From Lachnospiraceae bacterium (GTDB lineage Bacteria; Bacillota; Clostridia; Lachnospirales; Lachnospiraceae), in NCBI GenBank assembly GCA_045617345.1, contig JAZLIK010000111.1, positions 8,044 to 72,043 on the forward strand: DNA of 64,000 bases, written 5' to 3'. Below the pieces are notes generated by a model. That model was given only the letters and a program-made list of their open reading frames with translations. It searched no databases and had not been told where the DNA came from. This document shows, piece by piece, positions 8,663 to 18,161 of the stretch. Made by a program: the position numbers and the translations under genes. Position 1 is the stretch's first letter. The number at the start of each line of letters is the position of its first letter.

Positions 8663-11104
8663 ATGGGGAAAAAAATATCAAAAATTATTGCATTTGCGGT
8701 GATAGTAAGTCTGATTACGGTAACAGGCTTTGGAAACTATACTCCGTCCATGGCAGCGAAAATGTATACACCGGAGCGCATAGATGAAGAGTCGGATACC
8801 GACGGTACGGTGGGAACATATGACAACGGGAAAGGCGGAATCCGGTCGGGAAATGCCGAAGATTATGACCGGAGCGCCGGCCGCGGGCAATTTGCACGTG
8901 AGGTGGCTGACATGGTCAATGAATACTGGGAGGATGACTACTTGACCGAGTTCAGTTACGGGAAAACCGACGGAGCAAAAAAAATTAACGGCAAATGGTA
9001 TGTACCGGCAAAGGATTTCTGTAAAAAAACAGGTGGAAAATATACACGAAAAGGGAAGCATTTTTCAATGCAATATACCGACGAAACCGTTGAATGTACC
9101 GTAAACAAAGAAGCGGCGACCGTAAACGGAGAAGACATAAGCCTTGAAAACATGCCTGTAAAAAAGAACAGTAAATACATGATTTCGGCGGATGAAGTAT
9201 TGACCTCCATCGGTTTTGAAGTCGAGGAAAGCGGGACGGGAATCACCGTCAGCAGACCGTATCAGACAAAACGTCTGATTGTTCAGGTAAAGCAAAACCG
9301 TTCAATTAATCCCGATGCTTACGGAGCCGTGAAATATGCGGATGACGGAGAAGGTCTGTATGTTCTCCAGTTTGACAGTGAAGATGACACAATATCTGCT
9401 TATGACAGGCTTACAAATACCGCTAAAATTGAATATGTTGAGGTTGACAGGTATATTTCGATGGTTGAGCCGCAGGAAATTCTTGGGGGCGGAGCAGCCG
9501 GAGGGGACTCCGCGAACGGATATTATGATGATTCTGTCCTGTGGGATGTCAGCATTCTCGGAGCCGATATTCTGGCCGATAAAATCAGAAAGGCCGGAAA
9601 TGACAGAGAAGTGATTGTCGCTGTGGTCGATACCGGTGTGGACTATACACATTCTCTGCTGCAGGACAGTATGTATTCAAAGGGGTACGATTATGTTAAC
9701 AATGATTCGGATGCCTATGATGACAACAGTCACGGCACGCATGTGGCAGGAACGATAGTACAGGTGGCGGATGGGCTGCCTGTTAAGATACTTCCCGTAA
9801 AGGTGTTGTCCGGACAGGGAAGCGGAACCAGTCTGACGGTGGCGAACGGTATTGAGTATGCTGTCGGAAAAGGTGCATCGGTAATAAACTTAAGCCTCGG
9901 AGGAGCCAGCTACGGAAGCGGGCATTACGAGGATCAGGCTGTTACGAAGGCCGTAAATGCAGGATGCATCGTTGTGGCAGGTGCCGGAAATGACAGCTCG
10001 GATACGGCTTATTTCTGTCCGGCACATAACGATAATGCAATCGTTGTGGCTGCAATAGATTCCGATAAAGACCGCGCATATTTTTCAAATTACGGGTACT
10101 CTGTGGATGTGGCTGCACCGGGAGTGGACATTTACAGCAGTATTCCGGGAAACAGATATGATTACTATTCGGGTACATCCATGGCAACTCCGCATATCAG
10201 CGGTCTTGCCGCAATATTAAAGATGATTTATCCCTCCTACGGCTGTGCCGAAATGGAAAAGCTTCTGCGTAATCTTTCGGTGGATTTGGGCGAAAAAGGC
10301 TTTGATGTTTATTATGGTTACGGAATGCCGTATGTCGGGGATGTTGATGTGGGTGGCACATCGGGAAATCCTGCGCCGACAGGAACGCCTTCGCCGACAG
10401 CTGCTCCGAAGCCGACATCGTCACCGAAGCCGTCTCCGACAGCTAATCCCTATCCCACATGGGAACCTTACCCCACATGGGAACCCTATCCTACGTGGGA
10501 ACCTTATCCCACATGGGAGCCCTATCCTACGTGGGAACCTTATCCCACTTGGAATCCTTATCCTACATTGAATCCGTCACCTTCACCTACGGGAAGACCG
10601 ACCGGAAGTCCGACAGCGGCACCTTCGCCTACGGGAAATCCGACCGGCAGCCCGACAGCGGCCCCTTCACCTACGGGAAATCCGACCGGCAGCCCGACAG
10701 CGGCCCCTTCGCCTACGGGAAATCCGACCGGCAGCCCGACAGCGGCCCCTTCACCTACGGGAAGACCGACCGGAAGTCCTACAGCAGCACCTTCGCCTAC
10801 GGGAAAGCCAACCGCTGCCCCGACACAGCCGCCTGCGTATTACGGTGATATTTCTATGAGTGTGAGTTCGTCATCCTCGAGTATTAACGGAAAAATAAGC
10901 GCAAAGATAAAGATATCGGCAGGGGCAGGCATTGCACAGATAACGATAGCCTACGGGGACGGAACCGTTAAAAAATATAAGGGCAGCGGTCAGCCGGTAA
11001 ACCTTGAACTGGAACCGGATATGGGAAGCGGAAAGAGAAGTGTAAAGGTTACCGGCTACGACTATTACGGGAAGGTTGTGTCTGTAACCTCCGTAAGTTA
11101 TTGA
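8663..11104 (+). CDS. secreted S8 (subtilisin-like) serine peptidase with a Pro/Thr-rich repeat tail
   Basis: N-terminal signal/TM segment. Catalytic triad motifs VVDTGVD, HGTHVAGT and GTSMATPHISG. C-terminal YPTWEP and PSPTGNPTGSPTAA repeats. Confidence 0.9.
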   Translation: MGKKISKIIAFAVIVSLITVTGFGNYTPSMAAKMYTPERIDEESDTDGTVGTYDNGKGGIRSGNAEDYDRSAGRGQFAREVADMVNEYWEDDYLTEFSYGKTDGAKKINGKWYVPAKDFCKKTGGKYTRKGKHFSMQYTDETVECTVNKEAATVNGEDISLENMPVKKNSKYMISADEVLTSIGFEVEESGTGITVSRPYQTKRLIVQVKQNRSINPDAYGAVKYADDGEGLYVLQFDSEDDTISAYDRLTNTAKIEYVEVDRYISMVEPQEILGGGAAGGDSANGYYDDSVLWDVSILGADILADKIRKAGNDREVIVAVVDTGVDYTHSLLQDSMYSKGYDYVNNDSDAYDDNSHGTHVAGTIVQVADGLPVKILPVKVLSGQGSGTSLTVANGIEYAVGKGASVINLSLGGASYGSGHYEDQAVTKAVNAGCIVVAGAGNDSSDTAYFCPAHNDNAIVVAAIDSDKDRAYFSNYGYSVDVAAPGVDIYSSIPGNRYDYYSGTSMATPHISGLAAILKMIYPSYGCAEMEKLLRNLSVDLGEKGFDVYYGYGMPYVGDVDVGGTSGNPAPTGTPSPTAAPKPTSSPKPSPTANPYPTWEPYPTWEPYPTWEPYPTWEPYPTWEPYPTWNPYPTLNPSPSPTGRPTGSPTAAPSPTGNPTGSPTAAPSPTGNPTGSPTAAPSPTGNPTGSPTAAPSPTGRPTGSPTAAPSPTGKPTAAPTQPPAYYGDISMSVSSSSSSINGKISAKIKISAGAGIAQITIAYGDGTVKKYKGSGQPVNLELEPDMGSGKRSVKVTGYDYYGKVVSVTSVSY
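10447..10572 (+). repeat. in-frame 18-bp repeats (YPTWEP x about 6-7) in the S8 peptidase gene
   Basis: Read from both the translation and the DNA. Confidence 0.9.
10576..10815 (+). repeat. in-frame 42-bp repeats (PSPTGNPTGSPTAA x about 5) in the S8 peptidase gene
   Basis: Read from both the translation and the DNA. Confidence 0.9.
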
Positions 11105-11168
11105 ATACAGTTATCGTTTGTATATGAACAGTGATAACGCGAACGGAAGAACATAGAAAGGCAGAAAA

Positions 11169-12257
11169 ATGGAAAGATATACTGATGTAAAAACTTCATC
11201 GGGAGAGTATCAGGTTGTTATCGGAACAAACCTCAATATCGGTGAACAGTTAAAAAAAATACACCGCGAGTGCCGCGTACTCCTGGTAAGTGATGACACG
11301 GTGTTTGCTCTTTACGGCGAAGATACGGTAAAATCACTTGAAGACAGCGGATTTACCGTGGATACGTTTGTATTCACGCACGGAGAGCAGAGCAAAAATA
11401 TTAATACAATGAATGATATTCTGGAATATGCGGGTAGCTGCCATCTGACACGAACGGATATGATGGCTGCTCTCGGGGGAGGCGTAGTGGGAGATATTAC
11501 CGGTTTCTGTTCGGCAGTATATCTCAGAGGAATCGATTTTGTTCAGATACCGACAACGGTACTGGCTGCGGTAGATTCGTCTGTCGGGGGCAAGACCGCG
11601 ATAGATCTGAAGGCGGGCAAAAATCTTGCGGGTGCGTTTCATCAGCCGGTAGGCGTATTCCTTGACGTGAACCGTTTTAACAGTCTTCCCGATGACATTT
11701 TTTCCGAAGGACTTGCCGAAGCCATAAAAGCCGGGATGATACAGGACAGTGAGCTTTTTGAAATTTTTGAAAAGGCTGATTCCACGGAAACAGGCAGACG
11801 TTTCGGACTTGATATGATGGATATCTGTGCCAGATGTATTGAAATAAAGGCGAAGGTAGTTCAGATTGATGAGTTTGATACCGGTCTGAGAAGAATCCTG
11901 AATTTCGGACATACACCGGCACATGCCATAGAAATACTGAGCGGACTGAAGATATCGCACGGAAAAGCAGTGGCTGTCGGCATGGTTATTATGACAAAAA
12001 CGAGTGAAAGACTCGGCAAAATACCGACAGGAAGTACGGAACGTCTGATAAAGGTGCTCAACAAATTCGGACTGCCGTCTGTCTGTGACTACAATGCCGA
12101 GGAAATGGCGGAAATCGGAGCCGTTGATAAGAAAAGGACCGGAAAAACCATGGGAATCATTCTGCTTGAGAAAATCGGACAGGCATATGTGGAAACAATA
12201 CCCGCTGACAGACTGAGCGAATATTTCGATACAACATTATTCACTAACCGTGATTAA
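11169..12257 (+). CDS. aroB: 3-dehydroquinate synthase
   Basis: 362 aa with GGGVVGDITGF, DSSVGGKTAIDL and NFGHTPAHAIE motifs. Confidence 0.9.
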   Translation: MERYTDVKTSSGEYQVVIGTNLNIGEQLKKIHRECRVLLVSDDTVFALYGEDTVKSLEDSGFTVDTFVFTHGEQSKNINTMNDILEYAGSCHLTRTDMMAALGGGVVGDITGFCSAVYLRGIDFVQIPTTVLAAVDSSVGGKTAIDLKAGKNLAGAFHQPVGVFLDVNRFNSLPDDIFSEGLAEAIKAGMIQDSELFEIFEKADSTETGRRFGLDMMDICARCIEIKAKVVQIDEFDTGLRRILNFGHTPAHAIEILSGLKISHGKAVAVGMVIMTKTSERLGKIPTGSTERLIKVLNKFGLPSVCDYNAEEMAEIGAVDKKRTGKTMGIILLEKIGQAYVETIPADRLSEYFDTTLFTNRD

Positions 12258-12358
12258 TAATTATACAGCGGCAATACTGTCTGAGAGCGATTGATAATTA
12301 TACAGCAGCAATACTGTCTGCGATTAATGGATTTACTGCAACATTACTATCTGACTGC
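12252..12358. repeat. tandem array, roughly 35-bp unit x 3, with the first unit containing the aroB stop
   Basis: GATTAATAATTATACAGCGGCAATACTGTCTG / GATTGATAATTATACAGCAGCAATACTGTCTG / GATTAATGGATTTACTGCAACATTACTATCTG. Confidence 0.85.
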
Positions 12359-12372
12359 GAGGGGAAAAAGCA

Positions 12373-13224
12373 ATGATGAGCGAATACGGACTGATAGGTG
12401 AAAAGCTGGGACACAGCTTTTCGAAGGAACTTCATCGCGAATTCGGTAATGACGGATACGAGCTGATGGAGATACCGAAGGATGAAATAGACGGTTATTT
12501 TGAAAAAGCCTGTTTCAAAGGGATAAATGTGACCATACCGTACAAACAGACGGCCATGAGATACTGCAGCACCGACAGTACGGCTGCTGAAATCGGGGCA
12601 GTGAACACGATGGTGAACCGCGAGGGTACCGTTTACGGATACAATACCGATTTTCTCGGCTTTGAATATATGCTTGGACGTGCGGAAATATCACTGAAAG
12701 GCAAAAAAATCGTTATTCTCGGAAGCGGCGGGACATCAAAGACCGCAAGGTTTGTCTGTAAAAGAGCCGGAGCGGCCGAGATTGTGGTTTTGTCACGAAA
12801 TGCAGACAAAGAGCAGATGAATTCCGATAACGATAAATGCATTCGTTTCGCTGCTTATGGACAGACGGACGAGTATACGGATGCTGACATTATCATAAAT
12901 ACAACGCCTGTCGGAATGTTTCCCAAAATCGATGAATGTCCTGTTGACATAGCCTTGTTTCCTCATCTGGAGGGCGTGGCGGATGTTATATATAATCCCC
13001 GGATTACAAGGCTGCTGAAGGCTGCATCGGAGAGAAATATCAAAAATACGGGAGGACTGCCGATGCTTGTTGCACAGGGCTGGTATGCAAATCTTCTTTT
13101 CAGGGGTGAGCCGGCGGAAAAACTGATGAAGCTTCAGCCCGCAAACGAAACGAAGGACAGCTTTATTACTGTACCTGAGATAGAACGTGTTATTGACGTG
13201 ATACAGGAAGCGCACCGTTTCTGA
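12373..13224 (+). CDS. aroE: shikimate dehydrogenase
   Basis: SFSKELH, NVTIPYK, NTDFLGF and GSGGTSK motifs. Confidence 0.85.
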   Translation: MMSEYGLIGEKLGHSFSKELHREFGNDGYELMEIPKDEIDGYFEKACFKGINVTIPYKQTAMRYCSTDSTAAEIGAVNTMVNREGTVYGYNTDFLGFEYMLGRAEISLKGKKIVILGSGGTSKTARFVCKRAGAAEIVVLSRNADKEQMNSDNDKCIRFAAYGQTDEYTDADIIINTTPVGMFPKIDECPVDIALFPHLEGVADVIYNPRITRLLKAASERNIKNTGGLPMLVAQGWYANLLFRGEPAEKLMKLQPANETKDSFITVPEIERVIDVIQEAHRF

Positions 13225-13309
13225 AGACTGGAGGATTTTATGTAAAAAGGCGATGAGGATACAGCACATTGCCTTGTGAAGCGCACCGTTTCTGAAGACT
13301 GGAGGATTT
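13207..13309 (+). repeat. 32-bp perfect direct repeat (13207-13238 and 13278-13309)
   Basis: GAAGCGCACCGTTTCTGAAGACTGGAGGATTT occurs twice. Copy 1 holds the aroE stop; copy 2 supplies the RBS of the next gene. Confidence 0.9.
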
Positions 13310-13714
13310 ATGGGAGAAGAAATATTCAGAAAAAAAAGTATTGAAAGAATTAACTCACCGGAGAGCCTGAATGATTATGTCAAGGTGGCCAACCCCGGTG
13401 TGTGGATACTATTTGTCGCGGTTATCATACTTCTTGTGGGAGTCGGTGTTTGGGGAATATTCGGAAGACTTGAGACAAAGCTTGAAACCGGGATTTCGGT
13501 AACGGAAGGTATAGGAGTCTGTACGCTGAGTGCGGAAGACTGCGAGAATGTTGAGGCGAACCAGACTGTGAGAATCGGAGACACAGAGGGTAAGGTAGTG
13601 TTTGCGGACAGGAAGGAAGGTATAGTCCGGGTTCAGATTGATGTGCCGGACGGCGAATACGGGGCACAGATAATTATCGAGAGCATCAGTCCCTTTTCAT
13701 TTATAACGAACTGA
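13310..13714 (+). CDS. short HlyD/NHLP-type bacteriocin secretion adaptor-like membrane protein
   Basis: N-terminus FRKKSIERINSPESLNDY followed by one TM helix, resembling the start of NHLP-system HlyD proteins. Only 134 aa. Sits directly upstream of the two exporter ABC genes. Confidence 0.5.
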   Translation: MGEEIFRKKSIERINSPESLNDYVKVANPGVWILFVAVIILLVGVGVWGIFGRLETKLETGISVTEGIGVCTLSAEDCENVEANQTVRIGDTEGKVVFADRKEGIVRVQIDVPDGEYGAQIIIESISPFSFITN

Positions 13715-13726
13715 GGTGTAGCATTT

Positions 13727-15901
13727 ATGCATAATAAAGTAAAGAGTCCCATAAAAAACGGTGTGGCAAAGGTTCCGGTCATAATGCAGCTTGATGCACT
13801 GGAATGCGGCGCGGCCTGCCTGACGATGGTACTGGCGTATTACAATAAATGGATACCGTTGGAGCAGGTCAGGTCCGACTGCGGAGTATCACGTGACGGT
13901 TCAAACGCAAAAAATATGGTAAAGGCAGCCAGACACTACGGACTGAAGGCTCAGGGCTACAGATATGAACCGGAAAACCTCAGGCGCAAGGGCAGCTTCC
14001 CCTGCGTTATCCACTGGAATTTTAATCATTTTGTGGTATTGAAAGGTTTTAGAGGGAATAAAGCCTATATTAACGATCCTGCCCGCGGGAACTGTACTGT
14101 ATCCATGGAGGAATTTGATAAGTGCTTTACCGGGATATGTATCATGTTTGCACCCGGGGAAAGCTTTATTCCGTCCGGAAAGCCTGTCAGTATGATGTCA
14201 TTCGTGGTCAGGCGCCTGAAGGGAACAGGGACAGCTGTGGCATTTACGGTAATAACGGCTGTTATTATGACTATTATGGAGCTGTTTAACTTCTCTTTTT
14301 CAAGAGTTTTTGTTGACAGACTGCTGACCCGGAGAAATCCGGAATGGCTGAGCGGCTTCCTTGTACTGCTGATTGCCTTCAATGCTGTTCGTATACTGAT
14401 GTCCGGAATTCAGGCGGTATATTGTCTTCGGATAAACGGAAAGATGGCTGCGGTAGGAAATACGACATATATGTGGAAGGTACTCAAAATGCCGATGGGG
14501 TTCTTTTCACAGCGAATGTCCGGAGATATACAGGGACGACAGGGTGACAACGCATCTATAGCGGGAACGCTGATAGACACATTTTCACCGCTTGTACTGG
14601 ACTCTGTCATGATTGTGGTTTATCTGATAATAATGCTCAGATACAGTCTGATACTTACCGTGGTCGGCCTGGCATCCTTATCAGTGAATGCATTTGTATC
14701 ACGGTATATTTCGAAAAAAAGAATAAATGTAACCCGTGTTTCAATGCGTGACAGTGCAAAGCTGAGTTCTGCAACCGTATCGGGAATTGAGATGGTGGAG
14801 ACCATAAAGGCATCGGGAGCTGAAAACGGTTTCTTTGCCAGATGGTCGGGCTATCAGGCCAGCGTAAACACACAGGAAGTGCGTTTCATGAAGCTGAACA
14901 GATATCTCGGAATGATTCCCCAGTTTGTTTCGACACTTGCAAACGATGCGGTTCTGGTTCTCGGTGTTTATCTGGTAATGAAGGGCGAGTTTACCGTTGG
15001 AATGATCATGGCCTTCCAGGGGTTCCTTGCTTCCTTTATGAATCCTGTCGGAAAACTGATAGCCGCGGGGCAGACGATACAGGAAATGCGTACCAGAATG
15101 GAGAGGATAGATGATGTAATGGAGTATCCGGAGGACGACGTTTTTGCTCCGGATGATGAAAATGCTGAGGTCGGAGGCAAGCTTTCGGGCAAAATAGAGC
15201 TTAAAAATGTTACTTTTGGCTATTCTCCGCTGGCTGAACCTTTTATAAAGGATTTCAGCATGACGCTTACTCCCGGGAAAACCGTAGCGATCGTCGGTTC
15301 TTCGGGGTGTGGAAAATCCACAATGTCAAAGCTGGTTTCGGGCCTGTACAAACCGTGGCAGGGAGAAATACTGTTTGACGGGAAAACCATGAAGGAGATT
15401 CCTGCCGGCGTATTTCACGGCTCGCTTGCGGTTGTGGATCAGGATATTATTCTGTTTGAGGATACAATAGCCAACAATATTAAAATGTGGGATGAGACAA
15501 TAGAGGATTTTGAGATGATTCTTGCGGCGCGTGATGCGCAGCTTCATGAGGACATTATGCAGAGACCCGACGGTTACAACCATAAAATAACGGAGGGCGG
15601 GAAGGATTTCTCGGGCGGACAGCGTCAGAGAATGGAGATAGCACGCGTATTGGCTCAGGATCCGACAATTATTATTTTAGACGAGGCAACCAGTGCACTT
15701 GATGCAAAGACGGAATATGAGGTTGTGAAGGCTATCCGTGACAGAGGAATCACCTGTATAGTGGTGGCACACAGACTTTCTACCATACGCTCGGCGGATG
15801 AAATAATAGTCATGAAAAACGGAGAAATAAATGACAGAGGTACACACAAATCGCTTATGAATACAAGCGCATTGTATAAAGAGCTTGTTTCGGCAGAGTA
15901 G
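13727..15901 (+). CDS. bacteriocin-export ABC transporter with C39 peptidase, permease and ATPase domains (NHLP-type)
   Basis: C39 motif QLDALECGAACLTMV, a 6-TM region, Walker A GSSGCGKST, signature FSGGQRQR, Walker B IIILDEATS. Confidence 0.85.
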   Translation: MHNKVKSPIKNGVAKVPVIMQLDALECGAACLTMVLAYYNKWIPLEQVRSDCGVSRDGSNAKNMVKAARHYGLKAQGYRYEPENLRRKGSFPCVIHWNFNHFVVLKGFRGNKAYINDPARGNCTVSMEEFDKCFTGICIMFAPGESFIPSGKPVSMMSFVVRRLKGTGTAVAFTVITAVIMTIMELFNFSFSRVFVDRLLTRRNPEWLSGFLVLLIAFNAVRILMSGIQAVYCLRINGKMAAVGNTTYMWKVLKMPMGFFSQRMSGDIQGRQGDNASIAGTLIDTFSPLVLDSVMIVVYLIIMLRYSLILTVVGLASLSVNAFVSRYISKKRINVTRVSMRDSAKLSSATVSGIEMVETIKASGAENGFFARWSGYQASVNTQEVRFMKLNRYLGMIPQFVSTLANDAVLVLGVYLVMKGEFTVGMIMAFQGFLASFMNPVGKLIAAGQTIQEMRTRMERIDDVMEYPEDDVFAPDDENAEVGGKLSGKIELKNVTFGYSPLAEPFIKDFSMTLTPGKTVAIVGSSGCGKSTMSKLVSGLYKPWQGEILFDGKTMKEIPAGVFHGSLAVVDQDIILFEDTIANNIKMWDETIEDFEMILAARDAQLHEDIMQRPDGYNHKITEGGKDFSGGQRQRMEIARVLAQDPTIIILDEATSALDAKTEYEVVKAIRDRGITCIVVAHRLSTIRSADEIIVMKNGEINDRGTHKSLMNTSALYKELVSAE

Positions 15902-15910
15902 GGGGCACAT

Positions 15911-18106
15911 ATGAGCTGGTTCGATGAACAGCTGCAGACGCGGCTGAAAAAGGATAATGAGGGCTTCTCTGATGCGCTTGATTCTGTAGCGGCTGCGGTA
16001 ATGGGGAAGCGGCTGAGCGAAGCTCTTTCGTCGGAGTCGGTGGCACAGTCGGCTCTTGAAGAGATACTCAGATATTATCACATAAAAATGAAGTCGGATG
16101 AAATTCCGAAGAATGTTACATCGATAGATGAACAGATTGAGTACAGAATCCGTCCGTTCGGCATCATGAGAAGAAATGTTGTGCTTGAAAAGGGCTGGTA
16201 TCACAACGCGGTCGGAGCAATGCTGGGCACCCTGAAGGAGGACGGCAGGGCAGTGGCACTTATACCGGGAAAAATGTCAGGATATTTTATGATAGATTTT
16301 ATGACCGGCAAAAAAACGAAGCTGAACAGAAAAAACGCGAAGCTGCTGGATGCTGAGGCAACGGCATTTTACAAGCCTCTTCCTATGAAATCGCTGAAAA
16401 TCAAAGATTTGCTTATATATATGGGCAGTCTTTTAAATACCTCGGATATAATTATGTATGTGGGAGTGACGCTTATAGTGACACTTCTGGGTCTTTTATC
16501 TCCCATGTTTACAAAATGGCTGTTCAGCAATGTTCTGGAGTCGGGAAGCTATACAATGCTTGCAGCCCTGACGGTATTTATGATATGTTTTACGATTTGC
16601 AGACTGCTGATAAGTACATTTCAGACGCTGATTAATGCCCGTATGGGAATCAAACAGAATATAGCGGTTCAGGCTGCTGTAATGAGCAGGATTATCAGTC
16701 TTCCCGCGTCTTTTTTCAAGGAGTATTCATCAGGTGAGCTGACCCAGAGAGCCATGTATGTGCAGTCACTCTGTTCAATGATATTTGATTCACTGACATC
16801 AGTCGGTTTTACGTCATTGTTTTCATTTGTTTACATCGGTCAGATTTTTGTGTTTGCGCCGTCACTTGTATTGCCTTCGCTGATTATCACGCTTTTGACG
16901 GTGGGTTTTTCGATAATTCTTATGCTGGCGAGGATGAAGATATCCGAAAAGAGAATGCTTTTGTCATCAAAGACAAGCGGATTTACCTATTCTACCATTA
17001 CGGGAATTCAGAAAATCAAGCTGGCCGGAGCAGAAAAAAGGATGTTTTCACGCTGGGCCGCGCAGTATTCGAAGGAAGCGGCGATTACGTACAACCCGCC
17101 CGTATTTCTGACTCTGGGTTCGACGATTTCACTTGCTTTTTCGCTTATAGGAACGATAGTGATATATTATCTTGCCGTAAGCACCGGAGTTGCGGTTTCG
17201 GATTACTATGCGTTTAATACGGCTTACGGTATGGTATCTTCGGCATTTGCGGCATTTACGTCAATTACGGCAACTTTGGCCAACATCAGACCTTCTCTGA
17301 ATATGGCACGTCCGATACTGGAGGCAGAGCCGGAGGTTGCTGAAGGAAGACTGACGGTAACGGAGCTAAAGGGAGCTGTTGAGCTTTCTGATATTTCGTT
17401 CCGTTATGACGAAAAAATGCCTTGGGTAATAGACAAACTGTCACTGAAAATTAAGCCCGGCGAATATCTGGCCATAGTCGGTTCGACAGGGTGTGGAAAA
17501 TCAACGCTTATGCGTCTCCTGCTCGGCTTTGAAAAGCCACAGAAGGGGGTAATCTATTATGACAGGAAGGATATGACAAGACTTGACCTCAAATCACTCC
17601 GTCGTAATATCGGAACCGTCATGCAGGACGGAAAGCTTTTTATGGGAGATATTTTTTCAAACATAATCATATCGGCACCGCAGCTGACTCTTGAGGACGC
17701 ATGGAAGGCAGCTGAGCTTGCATCGCTCGACGATGATATCAGGCAGATGCCGATGGGAATGAATACTCTGATTTCGGAAGGACAGGGCGGTATTTCGGGC
17801 GGTCAGAAACAGCGAATGATGATAGCCCGTGCGCTTGCGCCGAAGCCGAAGATTCTCATGTTTGACGAAGCTACCAGTGCACTGGACAATGTGACACAAA
17901 AAAAGGTGTCGGAAGCTATCGACACCCTTAAATGTACACGAATAGTTATTGCACACCGTCTCTCGACTATCCGGCATGCCGACAGGATTATTTGTCTTGA
18001 GGGCGGTAAGATAATCGAGGAAGGAACCTATGAGGATTTGATAAATAAAAAAGGTTATTTCGCATCATTGGTTGAACGCCAGAGACTTGACGTAGAGGTG
18101 GATTGA
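15911..18106 (+). CDS. bacteriocin-export ABC transporter permease/ATPase, second subunit without a peptidase cysteine
   Basis: Non-peptidase N-terminal domain, a TM region, GSTGCGKST, ISGGQKQR, ILMFDEATS. Tightly follows the previous gene. Confidence 0.8.
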   Translation: MSWFDEQLQTRLKKDNEGFSDALDSVAAAVMGKRLSEALSSESVAQSALEEILRYYHIKMKSDEIPKNVTSIDEQIEYRIRPFGIMRRNVVLEKGWYHNAVGAMLGTLKEDGRAVALIPGKMSGYFMIDFMTGKKTKLNRKNAKLLDAEATAFYKPLPMKSLKIKDLLIYMGSLLNTSDIIMYVGVTLIVTLLGLLSPMFTKWLFSNVLESGSYTMLAALTVFMICFTICRLLISTFQTLINARMGIKQNIAVQAAVMSRIISLPASFFKEYSSGELTQRAMYVQSLCSMIFDSLTSVGFTSLFSFVYIGQIFVFAPSLVLPSLIITLLTVGFSIILMLARMKISEKRMLLSSKTSGFTYSTITGIQKIKLAGAEKRMFSRWAAQYSKEAAITYNPPVFLTLGSTISLAFSLIGTIVIYYLAVSTGVAVSDYYAFNTAYGMVSSAFAAFTSITATLANIRPSLNMARPILEAEPEVAEGRLTVTELKGAVELSDISFRYDEKMPWVIDKLSLKIKPGEYLAIVGSTGCGKSTLMRLLLGFEKPQKGVIYYDRKDMTRLDLKSLRRNIGTVMQDGKLFMGDIFSNIIISAPQLTLEDAWKAAELASLDDDIRQMPMGMNTLISEGQGGISGGQKQRMMIARALAPKPKILMFDEATSALDNVTQKKVSEAIDTLKCTRIVIAHRLSTIRHADRIICLEGGKIIEEGTYEDLINKKGYFASLVERQRLDVEVD

Positions 18107-18122
18107 ATAATCCACCTTTTTG
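18096..18122 (+). terminator. Rho-independent terminator
   Basis: AGGTGGATT GAAT AATCCACCT followed by TTTT. The stem includes the stop codon of the ABC gene. Confidence 0.8.
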
Positions 18123-18161
18123 CTTTACAGGAAATTGCGTCCTATAAGGTAAAAAGCTTAA

